Shown here one piece after another: positions 20,452-29,691 of a stretch of 64,000 nucleotides of DNA (positions are counted from its first letter, which is position 1; every line of letters begins with the position of its first letter). A model generated the notes under the pieces. It did no database searches, was not told where the DNA came from, and was given only the letters and a program-made list of their open reading frames with translations. The position numbers and the translations under genes are program-made. This DNA comes from an uncultured Acidobacteriota bacterium (lineage in GTDB: Bacteria > Acidobacteriota > UBA6911): assembly GCA_963843575.1 (NCBI GenBank), contig CAWJKZ010000011.1, positions 64,001-128,000 on the forward strand. The letters are read 5' to 3'.

Positions 20452-23208
20452 ATGATGAAGAGGTCTGTCGCGCCCGCGTTTCTGATCCTTGCCTGTCTCG
20501 CGTTCGAGGCACGGGCCGCGGAAACGGCCAATCCCGACGCGCTGCCCCAGGCTCGAAGCATCCTCGAGTACCTGTCCCGCCTGCCGGCGCGGCATGACCG
20601 TCGCGTCGTCTCCGGCCGGCAGATCGCGGGTTCGGCGACCCTCGACGCACAGTTCAGCCGGACGGCCATCATCGGGGCCGACTACGGCTACCCCAAGGGT
20701 TCCGCCCCGGGGGCGCCGCCGCCCGCCTGGCGGCAACTGAACCGCGTCCTGATCGACCACTGGAAATCCGGCGGGCTGGTCACCGTCAGCTTCCTCGCCA
20801 GGAACCCCTGGACGGGCGGGACCGCCTGGGACACCCAGGCACGAAACCTCGACGAAATCCTGTCGCCTGGGACCGCGGCCAATGCCGCCTGGATGAAGGA
20901 ACTCGACCGGGTCGCCGAGGGATTGGCCGAGCTGCGCGACGCCGGGGTTGTCGTCCTGTGGCGGCCGCTGCACGAGATGAACGGCGATTGGTTCTGGTGG
21001 GGCCGGCGGCCGTCCGAAGAGTTCCGGCGCGACGGGATCGTCAACCTCTGGCGGCACATGTTCGACTACTTCACCCGCACGAAGAAGCTGAACAACCTCC
21101 TGTGGGTCTACTCGGCGGCGTCCTCCTCGCACCGGAACATGTCCGCCACCGCTTATTTCCCCGGGAGCGAATACTGCGACATCGTCGGGCTCGACTGCTA
21201 CTCGACCGACCTGGTCTGGGACGGGTACAGCGAGATGGTGCAACTCGGGAAGCCCTTCGGCGTGACCGAACTCGGGCCGTCGCCGGAGGAAGCTGGGGGG
21301 CTGGACGGCGGCAGGCTCATGAAGGCGATCCGGTTGTGGTATCCCCTGACGTCGTTCTTCGTTGCCTGCGGCGAGGGCTGCGCAATCCTCGACGGCCCGG
21401 GCGGCGCCGGGGTGATGGGGGACTCGTGGACCGTCGCGCGTGAGGAGCTCGGGTGGGCCGTGCCGGGGTTTCGCCGTTGGAAGAAGGCACAGCCGCTGGC
21501 GGTCGACAGGGTCGAGGTCCTAACGACGTCCCCGGCCTGCTGGAAGCGCGTTGACCTCCGGATCGATCTGAGGGCGACCTTCGAGACGCCCTTCGATTCG
21601 GACCAGATCCAGGTGGACGCCCTGCTTACGACCCCCTCCGGCAAGAAGATGACGGTGCCCGCCTTCTTCGACCAGCCGTTCGAGCGCCACGTCTGGGGCG
21701 GCGGCCGGTTCAGCGAGGAAGTGATGGTGGAGGCGGGGCCTCCCGAGTGGCGCGTTCGCCTCATGCCGTCCGAACCGGGCGAGCACCGGGTCGTCATACG
21801 CGTACGGGACCGCACCGGGTCGGTCGAGTCGCAGCCCGTCGTTTTCACGGCGCGGGCGGCCCCCGGTCCCGGCTACATCCGGGTGTCGTCGAAGGATCCA
21901 CACTATTTCGAGTTCGACGACGGGACGCCTTTTTTTGCCATCGGGATGAACATCGTGGAGCACCCGCTGTCGGAGTACTACCGGTACATCCCGCAGCTGG
22001 CGGAAAACGGCGGCAACTTTTCGCGGCTGTGGATCGGGTTCGAGTACTTCGGGCTCGAACTCGGCACCATGGGCGACTACCGGCTCGACAGCGCCTGGCG
22101 CCTCGACCGGGTCATGGAGCTATCCGAACGCTACGGCGTCTACCAGAAGCTGTGCATCGAGTGGATCCGCTACATCACGCCGCGCGGGGAGCCTCGGCAT
22201 TTTTTTGACCCGCCGGAGAACGCCTACATCACCGCCAACGGCGGTCCGTGCCGCGACATGAAGGATTTTTTCACCTCGGGGGAGGCCCGGCGCCTTTTCA
22301 AGAACCGTTTGCGCTACATCGTGGCGCGCTGGGGCTACAGCCCGAACGTCATGGCCTGGGAACTGTGGAACGAAATCGACCTGGTCGATCCGAAAGCCGC
22401 CGACACTTCGGTGATCGTGCCGTGGAACCGCGAGATGGGCCGCTACCTCAAGTCCATCGACCCGTGGCAGCACCTGACCACGAACAGCATCGCGGGCCGG
22501 AGCATGGGGCAAGCGCTGTGGTCCCTCGACGAGAACCAGTTCGCACAGCGGCACGGCTATGCGACGCCCAGCCCGCGGGCTGTGCAGGCGCACGCCGACA
22601 TGGCTGCCAACGTCCTCCAGTGGCTGGACGACGTCTCGGAGTTCAACAAGCCGTACCTCATGGCTGAGTTCGGGCTGCAGCGCGACCGCATGGAGATCCG
22701 GGCCCTCTGCGACCGCGACCGCGAAGGGATCCACATGCACAACGGACTCTGGGCGGCGCTGGCGCACGGCTCGGCGGGGACTGCGCAACTGTGGTGGTGG
22801 GGCCAGTACGTCGACCCGAAGAACCTCTACTCCCATTTTCGCGCGGTGGCCGATTTCACCAGGGGCATACCGTGGACGACGGCAGGGTTCAGAAAGGCGC
22901 AGATTGTGACCCCCGGAGACAACCTCCGGGCAGTCGGGCTGCGCGGCGACGCCGTTTCGATCCTCTGGCTGCAGAACACCGCCCACACCTGGTGGAACGT
23001 GGTCAACGAGACCCCGATCCCTCCGGTCGCGCCCGGCGAAGTGAGGATTGACGGGTTCCCGGCGGGTAGCTATCGGGTGGAGTACTGGAACACTTACACG
23101 GGTGTGATCGAGTCGACGACGACCGCCGTCGCCGCCGGGGGGAGCCTGCGTGTACCCACCCCCCTCATCGCGACCGACATCGCCGTGAAGATTTTGGCGA
23201 CCAAGTGA
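20452..23208 (+). CDS. Bimodular glycoside hydrolase: GH26 (beta-mannanase-like) + DUF5060-like Ig domain + GH5-like TIM barrel
   Basis: Signal peptide; WRPLHEMNGDWFWWG and DIVGLDCY (GH26); YFEFDDGTPFF, ARWGYSPNVMAWELWNE and MAEFG (clan GH-A). Confidence 0.85.
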   Translation: MMKRSVAPAFLILACLAFEARAAETANPDALPQARSILEYLSRLPARHDRRVVSGRQIAGSATLDAQFSRTAIIGADYGYPKGSAPGAPPPAWRQLNRVLIDHWKSGGLVTVSFLARNPWTGGTAWDTQARNLDEILSPGTAANAAWMKELDRVAEGLAELRDAGVVVLWRPLHEMNGDWFWWGRRPSEEFRRDGIVNLWRHMFDYFTRTKKLNNLLWVYSAASSSHRNMSATAYFPGSEYCDIVGLDCYSTDLVWDGYSEMVQLGKPFGVTELGPSPEEAGGLDGGRLMKAIRLWYPLTSFFVACGEGCAILDGPGGAGVMGDSWTVAREELGWAVPGFRRWKKAQPLAVDRVEVLTTSPACWKRVDLRIDLRATFETPFDSDQIQVDALLTTPSGKKMTVPAFFDQPFERHVWGGGRFSEEVMVEAGPPEWRVRLMPSEPGEHRVVIRVRDRTGSVESQPVVFTARAAPGPGYIRVSSKDPHYFEFDDGTPFFAIGMNIVEHPLSEYYRYIPQLAENGGNFSRLWIGFEYFGLELGTMGDYRLDSAWRLDRVMELSERYGVYQKLCIEWIRYITPRGEPRHFFDPPENAYITANGGPCRDMKDFFTSGEARRLFKNRLRYIVARWGYSPNVMAWELWNEIDLVDPKAADTSVIVPWNREMGRYLKSIDPWQHLTTNSIAGRSMGQALWSLDENQFAQRHGYATPSPRAVQAHADMAANVLQWLDDVSEFNKPYLMAEFGLQRDRMEIRALCDRDREGIHMHNGLWAALAHGSAGTAQLWWWGQYVDPKNLYSHFRAVADFTRGIPWTTAGFRKAQIVTPGDNLRAVGLRGDAVSILWLQNTAHTWWNVVNETPIPPVAPGEVRIDGFPAGSYRVEYWNTYTGVIESTTTAVAAGGSLRVPTPLIATDIAVKILATK

Positions 23209-23307
23209 TAGGTAAGTCTTAGGGGGACAATCTTTGGGATACTTAGTACCCCATTTCGCAAGTACGCTAACGCATTCTTGGGATGGAGCTGGTCACCGAT
23301 TGACAAC

Positions 23308-23589
23308 AGCAGAACGCGGATCTTCGCGGATTTTGCGGATTCACGCGGATCGGCCGCGCCCGGCATTCCTCCCCGAGGGCCGGCGCTTCGCGCCGATGCA
23401 TCAAAGCCCGGCTCCCGCAGGAAAGCGCGCGGTTGGAAGGATGCCGCTTCGATTCAAGGTCCACGTTTTCCTGCGGGAGCCGGGCTTTGATGCGTGCCAA
23501 AGGCAGCCCTCGGGGAGGAATGCCGGGCGCGGCCTGCCACCAGGCAGCAATCCGCGTGCATCCGCGATAATCAGCGTCCTGGAAACGTT
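23308..23589. repeat. Repeat family C copy carrying a long nested inverted repeat
   Basis: CGGAT-periodic left arm; perfect 29-bp (23352-23380/23506-23534) and 27-bp (23398-23424/23467-23493) inverted arms; right arm atccgcgtgcatccgcg...gcgtcctggaaacg. Confidence 0.85.
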
Positions 23590-23607
23590 ACGGTGGAGGA
23601 GTATCGC

Positions 23608-24240
23608 ATGACGGAACGTGAACAACCGGGCCGGCTGGGGGCCGGGGACGCGCTGCAGGACTTGTGCCGGGTCTGCAAGGCCGTCCGTGCCCACACCGTG
23701 ATCGTCGTCGACGGCGAGGGCCGGCCGCTGCGCGTGATCTGCGATTACTGCGGCAGCCAGCACAACTATCGCGGCCCGGACCGGGAGGAGCCCCCCAGGG
23801 CACAACCCAGCCCGCCGGCTGCGGCTCTCGATCCGCTGGTCGCGGAGCGTGAAAGGAGATTCCCTGTGGCGAACATGAGCACGGACGACGGCGCACCCGT
23901 CGACCTCGAACTGCTGCTGAGGACGATCATACGTGAGGAGATCGGCCTGACCCCGGTGCCGATCGCGGAGAAGTGGCGGGGCGGCGACCTGATCCTCCGC
24001 CCCGGCAAAGCCGGTCTCCAGGAGAAGACCTGGCCGATTGACGTGTTTTTCCACAAGGTCGTGATGCTGAGAAACCGGTTGCGGGTTCTGGAGCAGCAGG
24101 TAAACGCGATGGACGTCCCGGAAGACCAGAAGATCAAGCTTCAGGGCTACATCTCCGGATGCTACGGAACGTTGACGAGCTTCAACGTGCTCTTTGCCGA
24201 GGAGAAAGAGCGGTTCCACGGCAGCGCGTCGGACGAGTGA
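23608..24240 (+). CDS. Hypothetical protein: N-terminal zinc ribbon + conserved helical domain
   Basis: RBS GGAGG; CRVC...H...CDYCGSQH; C-terminal FFHKVVMLRNRLRVLEQ...YISGCYGTLTSFNVLF. Confidence 0.7.
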   Translation: MTEREQPGRLGAGDALQDLCRVCKAVRAHTVIVVDGEGRPLRVICDYCGSQHNYRGPDREEPPRAQPSPPAAALDPLVAERERRFPVANMSTDDGAPVDLELLLRTIIREEIGLTPVPIAEKWRGGDLILRPGKAGLQEKTWPIDVFFHKVVMLRNRLRVLEQQVNAMDVPEDQKIKLQGYISGCYGTLTSFNVLFAEEKERFHGSASDE

Positions 24241-24244
24241 TCGA

Positions 24245-24994
24245 TCAGGAAGCCGCGGCTTTCAGGACTTCGTCGACGAGACGGCGCATCCGCCGATAAT
24301 GCGAACCGTTCCAGTACACGCGGCCGCACCCCGGACACCTGTGGAACTCGTCGCACTCTTCCCGGCTACGCAACGGCACGAGATGGGCGACTTCGGTCTT
24401 GGACGCGGTCTCGAGGACGGCGTTGCAGACCAGGCAGCGGCTCAACGGCGACACGCAGCCGGTCAGGTCGAAACGCCTGACGACGTCGACCAGTTGTTCG
24501 CGCCAGCTCCTCTGCCGCACGTAATACCCGTGGGTCACCGCGGCGCGCATCAACAGGCCGCGGTCGCGGGTCAGGATGATGCGGTGCTCCGAGCCGGATA
24601 CTCGCACCAGCTCGTCATCGGAGTAGTCGCTTCGGAACAAGGCATCCAGCCCCAGGATCCTCAGGTAGCCAGCCAGCCTTCCCAGGTGGGCGTCCAGGAC
24701 GAACCGGGTCTGCCGCAGCGGCTGGGGCCGGACACGCGAGACTGCCGCGATGTCCAACGCTTCGAAGACCGGGTAGACGCTGATCTGATCCCCGTCGCCG
24801 GGGACAAATGAGAAATCGACCGATTCGTTGTTGACAAGGACGAGGTCGACCTCCGTGTGAGGGACCCCTGCCGCCTCGATGAGGTGTTTCAGGCTTTGCG
24901 GCCCTGCAAAGGAGTATGGAAATCGGAGCGCGCGTTTTCCCCTCGGCAGAAAATCGTTCAACTCCGCGTAGAAACGGAAGTAGACCGTGGTCAT
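24245..24994 (-). CDS. Ubiquitin-like + Mut7-C RNase (PIN-fold) domain protein
   Basis: FRFYAELNDFLP...GVPHTEVDL (Ub-Mut7C); FVLDAHLGRLAGYLRILGLD, LTRDRGL, RCLVCN...CPGCGRVYWNGSH. Confidence 0.9.
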   Translation of the reverse strand: MTTVYFRFYAELNDFLPRGKRALRFPYSFAGPQSLKHLIEAAGVPHTEVDLVLVNNESVDFSFVPGDGDQISVYPVFEALDIAAVSRVRPQPLRQTRFVLDAHLGRLAGYLRILGLDALFRSDYSDDELVRVSGSEHRIILTRDRGLLMRAAVTHGYYVRQRSWREQLVDVVRRFDLTGCVSPLSRCLVCNAVLETASKTEVAHLVPLRSREECDEFHRCPGCGRVYWNGSHYRRMRRLVDEVLKAAAS

Positions 24995-25091
24995 TCCGGT
25001 ATCAATACCCCTGAGTGGGCCGCGTCGGCCCGACGCGGCCCCGGACATCTCACATCCGTCGCCGGCGGGGGCGAGCCGCCCCCGCCCATTG

Positions 25092-25868
25092 CTACCGGAG
25101 GAGCTCGTTGACCCGGACGGGGCGGTAGCCTTCGGCGGCCAGAAAATCGAGCAGCGCGGCGAAGCGGGTGTGGAACTTGTCAGCACGGCCGGGCCCGGAG
25201 CCGACGTGCAAGAGCAGGATGAAGCCGTTCAATCCGGCCGCGTCGCCGCGGGCGCGTGCAACGATGCTGTCGAATATGACGCGCGACGGGACGAAATTCG
25301 GGTCGCGCTCTTCGGCGTAGTCGGCGTTCGAGCGCGTCCCGGGGGTGAAGTTGATGAGCGTGAGGCCCATTTCAGCCGTCCAGTCGGCGACCTGCTGATT
25401 GTAGTGCTCGTAGGGGGGAAGGAAGTACCGCACTTCCGCCCTTTGCCTGCCCAGCTGCTCGATCTTCTCGAGGTTGGCCAGCAGGTCGTCGCGGAACTGC
25501 TCACGCGTGACCAGCAGTCCGCGGGAAGCGTCCCACGTGCAATACAGGAGGTGCTTGTCGGAGTGCGGGCCCAGGTAATGGCCTTCGCGGACGATACGCC
25601 GAAGGAGCGGCTGGAACCGGGAGTTTGCCAGAAAATCGCCGGTCAGGAAAAAGGAGGCCTTCCAGTGGTGACGATCCAGGTCGTTGAGGATTGTCTCGCC
25701 CCCCTCGCCGAACTCGTGGCCCGTGAACACCAGGGCGAGCGTCTTGTCAGCCGTGGGACCCCTTGTGATCACGGTCGCGGCGGGGAAGACCGCCGTGCAG
25801 CACAAGATCACGGCAACGCACCAGCGGCCAAGGTGGGCGGGGCCGGCCCGCCCCCGCCCCCGCCCCAA
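25092..25868 (-). CDS. Polysaccharide deacetylase (NodB-like); start uncertain
   Basis: LALVFTG, ASFFLTG, GPHSDKH, FLPPYE, ILLLHVG. Confidence 0.8.
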   Translation of the reverse strand: MGRGRGRAGPAHLGRWCVAVILCCTAVFPAATVITRGPTADKTLALVFTGHEFGEGGETILNDLDRHHWKASFFLTGDFLANSRFQPLLRRIVREGHYLGPHSDKHLLYCTWDASRGLLVTREQFRDDLLANLEKIEQLGRQRAEVRYFLPPYEHYNQQVADWTAEMGLTLINFTPGTRSNADYAEERDPNFVPSRVIFDSIVARARGDAAGLNGFILLLHVGSGPGRADKFHTRFAALLDFLAAEGYRPVRVNELLR

Positions 25869-25876
25869 TTCCTGCC

Positions 25877-26437
25877 TCAAGACGGCCACAACCAGCCGAA
25901 GGTCCCGGCCGTCAGGAGCGCGTAGACGAGGCCGTCGAAGGTCGACTTGAGGGTGGCCTTCCACGAGCGCTTGTACCAGATCACGTTCTGCCAGAGTGAG
26001 AGCGAATACCCCACGAACGCGGTGCACCCGGCGAACCGGAAGACGGCGAGGTAGTAGGCGCCGGGGCCCAGGGCGCGGCCGGCAATATAGGCTGAAAAAA
26101 TCCCGACGACCACGCTGTAGACAAACCACAGCGAGAGGCTCGAGACCATCGAAGGGGGACCGCTTTTCATGACCGTCAGGCAGGCGACTGGCCCCTTCTG
26201 CATCTTGGCGACGAATTCCGGGCTGCCCAAGTCCTTGGGGCTTCCGGCGCAGGGGACCAGGTAGTCGCCTGGCGCGATGCCGAACTTGCGCAGCGCGTCC
26301 ATGACCTTGTCTTCGTCAGGGAGCTTGCCGAAGTCCGTGCGATGGTAGGGGAGCAGCATGTGAATGATGGAGCTGACCACAAATACGATTACCGCCGAGA
26401 GCAGGATCGGAATCCACAGCGAGGCTAAGGGGACCAT
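25877..26437 (-). CDS. Conserved membrane protein of unknown function
   Basis: RBS GGGAGG; four hydrophobic segments; ends FGWLWPS. Confidence 0.75.
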   Translation of the reverse strand: MVPLASLWIPILLSAVIVFVVSSIIHMLLPYHRTDFGKLPDEDKVMDALRKFGIAPGDYLVPCAGSPKDLGSPEFVAKMQKGPVACLTVMKSGPPSMVSSLSLWFVYSVVVGIFSAYIAGRALGPGAYYLAVFRFAGCTAFVGYSLSLWQNVIWYKRSWKATLKSTFDGLVYALLTAGTFGWLWPS

Positions 26438-26515
26438 CGTAACCTCCCTATACTGGAGTGAAAGGCGACGTCCGCGACCGCAGGGGACATGCTACCACGC
26501 CTGCGTCCCGCGCGA

Positions 26516-26953
26516 TCAGGCCGGCTTGGCCTTGAGCACCCCCAGTTGCAGCAGCAGGCCCGTGAAGTCATAGATGCTTCGCATCCTGGCGATGCTCCCG
26601 TCCCGGAACTCCAGGACGAACACCCCGTCGAGGCGAAACGTCCGTCCGGTGCCCGAAAGCCCGCAGAAATCCCCCGAGTGACTGCCCCGCTGAGACCAGA
26701 CGAGCGCAACCCGATCCCCGTCGATCAAGCGCTGTTCGACCTCGAAAGCCATGTCCGGGAACGCCGAGAACCAGGAGCGGTAGAGCGATTCGATGGCCTC
26801 GCGTCCCCGCACCTGGCCGGCCAGCATGCTGTCGTACACGCCGTCCTCGGCGTGCGCCCGGCTGAGGGCCGCGGCGTCACACCTTCCCCAAGCCTGCATC
26901 CACTCTGCCACAACCGCCTCGACGCGTTGACGATCCATCATCACCCCCTCCAA
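26516..26953 (-). CDS. SnoaL-like / ester cyclase (NTF2 fold) protein
   Basis: VRGREAI...FSAFPD...GSHSGDFCGLSGTGR...FRDGSI. Confidence 0.85.
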   Translation of the reverse strand: MEGVMMDRQRVEAVVAEWMQAWGRCDAAALSRAHAEDGVYDSMLAGQVRGREAIESLYRSWFSAFPDMAFEVEQRLIDGDRVALVWSQRGSHSGDFCGLSGTGRTFRLDGVFVLEFRDGSIARMRSIYDFTGLLLQLGVLKAKPA

Positions 26954-27206
26954 GCCCGGGAGTTGCCTGTTTCACTGTTGATGGTCGATGGCGGGAAGAT
27001 GAGCTGAAACCAGGAGCCGCCCAACCTCTCATCCGGTGTGGCTGCGGCCGGGAAGACGCTTCTGCCAGGAAATCCGCACCCGGAAGGGGTCCGGCGACTG
27101 CTCGCGCGCAACGAGTTTGCCGTCGGCCATTGCGCCGGTCTTTCTTCACTCGATAATAGCCCGTGAGTTCGTGAGAAGCCAGAAGAGCCAGAAGCCATTA
27201 ACACAG

Positions 27207-27300
27207 CAGGACGCGGATTCCCGCGGGTTTCGCCGATTTACCCGGCCTGTCACCAAGTCGGCATTTTAGTGTATCCGCGTACTTCTGCGTCCTGGAAACG
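27207..27300. repeat. Repeat family C copy
   Basis: caggacgcggattcccgcgggttt...gcctgtcaccaagtc...atccgcgtacttctgcgtcctggaaacg. Confidence 0.8.
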
Positions 27301-27387
27301 TCGGCGCGTTTCTGAACACGGGTACGAAGTCTTGTCGGGACAATGCCGGGCACCGGGGATATACCCCGGCCAAACCCGGCGAGCCGC

Positions 27388-28200
27388 CTACGGGTTGAAA
27401 GGGACGGAGACCGTGATGGTGCTCCTGAGGTTGGTGCCGTCCCGGTGTGCCGGCTTAAACCGGCATCTGGCCACCGCCCGCGCCGCAGCGGGGCGCAACA
27501 TCGACGGTCCCCTGACCGCGACGGCGCGCACCACCTTCCCCCGCTCGTCGACGTCCGCCCGGACGTCCACCACGCCCCCGATGCCGAGCCTTCTCGCCCT
27601 GGACGGGTATGTGGGAACGATCTTGTCTATGGCGACCGCCGGGCCCACGGAACCTTGACCCGGCGCGGGTGCGCCCTGTGGCGGAGACGGCGGCGCCGTC
27701 TTGGAACGGGCCAGCCCAAACGGATCGACCCAATAGAGCAGGTTGAGAAGGCAAAGCAGCGCCGCCGAGGCAGACGCCCAGGCGAGCACGCGCGCCCGTC
27801 TTTGCTCGGCGCGGCGAAGCCGAAGAGTCTGCGTATCGTGCATCGCCTTGAAGCTGTGGGGAAACCGGTCATCCTCGGCCTTGTCGATGGACGGCGGGGG
27901 CGCGACGTCGTCCATGAGCAGGATATCGATGTTGCGGTATGGGAGAGGCCTGGTCGCCGGTTGGGACGCATCGCCCGGTTTCGCTTCTTCGCCAGCCGAA
28001 CCGGCGGCGGCTTGGGTCTGCGCATCCTGCGGCGCTTCCGGCACCAAAACGTCGGGCGCCGACGCCCTGCGGGTTTGCCCGGCCGCATCCCGAGCCGCGC
28101 CTTCCAGGGAGTCGCTGAGGTCGTTCAGTTCCGACAGAAAGTCGGACACCATCTTGTCGACGTCGCGCGAGCCGTCCATTTCGGCCATGGCATTCGTCAC
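27388..28200 (-). CDS. TonB C-terminal domain membrane protein
   Basis: Single TM helix, Pro-rich linker, PTYPSRARRLGIGGVV...VDERGKV...RFKPA; GTGA overlap with the upstream ATPase. Confidence 0.8.
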   Translation of the reverse strand: MTNAMAEMDGSRDVDKMVSDFLSELNDLSDSLEGAARDAAGQTRRASAPDVLVPEAPQDAQTQAAAGSAGEEAKPGDASQPATRPLPYRNIDILLMDDVAPPPSIDKAEDDRFPHSFKAMHDTQTLRLRRAEQRRARVLAWASASAALLCLLNLLYWVDPFGLARSKTAPPSPPQGAPAPGQGSVGPAVAIDKIVPTYPSRARRLGIGGVVDVRADVDERGKVVRAVAVRGPSMLRPAAARAVARCRFKPAHRDGTNLRSTITVSVPFNP

Positions 28201-29591
28201 CTGGGAACGCGCTCGCGCAAAACCGGCGCGGCTCCCGTTGCGGCCTGAAGCTCCGTGCCTGTTCGACGGGCCGCCTCCGAGTCGCCGAACGGGCCGAGGT
28301 AGACGACATACCAGCCTTCGTCATCCAGCCCTGGATGGTGCACGACGAACGACGGGAAATTCAGCCCCTTCAGCTCCCTTGCGCCCTCTTCCGCCTTGGC
28401 GCTGGTGCGGAACGAATAAACCTGAAGCAAGTATTCCGCCGCAGGCGCAGCGGCGGCGTCCCCCACGGGGGGCTCGGGGGGCGGCGTCTTCACGGTTGAT
28501 GGCGCCCTCTCGGCTGGCGGCGTCTTCACGGTGGGCTGCGTCCGCACGGCTGGCGCCACGGGCTGCGGGTCCAGGCGTTTCGTCCGGGTGGGTTCCGGTC
28601 GTGTTTCGGCCAGTTTGCCGGAGCTCGTGCGCCTGGCGGGCCAGAGCTGCCAGACCAAGAGAGCTAGAAGAAGGGGCAGCAACACGGCAGCAGCTATCTT
28701 GATCCATTTCGATCGGGCACGCGGCGGCTCCTCTTTCCGGGCGAGGTCGGCGACTGACTTGTGGACCATCTGCCGCGTCACCGTGTAGGACCGCTGTCGC
28801 GAGGCCTCTCTCAGGCTTCGGTCGCAGATGATGTTGATGAGCCTCGGGTACCCCTTGGATTGCTTGTGAATCAAGCGCAGCGCGCCGGGCCCGAACCGGA
28901 TCACGTGCGTCCCCCCCGCGACCTGCAGGCGGTGGCGGATGTACTTTTCGGTGTCCTGCCTGGACAGGGTTTCCGTCTGGAACCGGACCGAAACGCGCTG
29001 GTCCAGTTGCCTTAACTCCAGCAGCTTCCTGTCAAACTCGAGCTGTCCCAGGAAAATGATCTGAAGCAGTTTCTTCTTGGTGGTTTCGAGATTCGACAGC
29101 AGCCGGAGCTGTTCCAGCATCTCGAGAGACAGGTTCTGCGATTCGTCGATGATGAGAACCGTGAAGACGTTTTCCCGGGCCCGCTCTGCAAGGAAGGTGT
29201 TGAGGTGATCGATGAGCTCCTTCTTCGTCAAATCCCTCGTCCACGACGCGCCAGAAGCCTGCAGGTCCTCGCCCTCGGGCCAGGCTGCATCGGGACGCAC
29301 CCCGAGATCCTGCAGGATGCACCTCAGCATGTCCACGTCCGGGAGCATCGGATTCTGAATGAGGACCGTGCGGATGTTCTTCTCCCGTTCGATCTTCTGC
29401 AGGAGCGCGCACGAGAGGGTGGTTTTGCCGGTGCCCACGTCGCCAACGATCACGGCGAAGCCTTCCCGTCGCTCTATACCGTAGAGGATTTCCTCGAAAG
29501 CCTGCTTCGTGCGTTCGTTGAGGTATAGAAAGTCCGGATCGGGGGTGAGACTGAAGGCCTTCTGCTTCAGGCCGAAGAAGCTCTCATACAT
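28197..29591 (-). CDS. ExeA/GspA-like AAA ATPase with TM helix and SPOR domain
   Basis: MYESFFGLKQKAFSLTPDP, GDVGTGKTT, IIDESQNL, LRLLSNLET, GYPRLINIICD; C-terminal YLLQVYSF...WYVVYLGPF. Confidence 0.9.
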   Translation of the reverse strand: MYESFFGLKQKAFSLTPDPDFLYLNERTKQAFEEILYGIERREGFAVIVGDVGTGKTTLSCALLQKIEREKNIRTVLIQNPMLPDVDMLRCILQDLGVRPDAAWPEGEDLQASGASWTRDLTKKELIDHLNTFLAERARENVFTVLIIDESQNLSLEMLEQLRLLSNLETTKKKLLQIIFLGQLEFDRKLLELRQLDQRVSVRFQTETLSRQDTEKYIRHRLQVAGGTHVIRFGPGALRLIHKQSKGYPRLINIICDRSLREASRQRSYTVTRQMVHKSVADLARKEEPPRARSKWIKIAAAVLLPLLLALLVWQLWPARRTSSGKLAETRPEPTRTKRLDPQPVAPAVRTQPTVKTPPAERAPSTVKTPPPEPPVGDAAAAPAAEYLLQVYSFRTSAKAEEGARELKGLNFPSFVVHHPGLDDEGWYVVYLGPFGDSEAARRTGTELQAATGAAPVLRERVPR

Positions 29592-29635
29592 AACAGGGGG
29601 TCGTTCCGTGTCAGTTCTTCGGATGTCCCGAGCCT

Positions 29636-29663
29636 TGGAGGTGAAATGAAGGATTCACCTCCA
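29636..29663. other. Intergenic hairpin
   Basis: tggaggtgaa-N8-ttcacctcca, 10-bp stem between the receiver gene and the ExeA-like gene. Confidence 0.4.
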
Positions 29664-29691
29664 GGATTCGAAGCACTCGAAGAATCTCGAA

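Noticed and set aside
27174-27196. Short AGAAGCC/AGAGCC tandem repeat
   Set aside because: Only three imperfect units; no supportable function.
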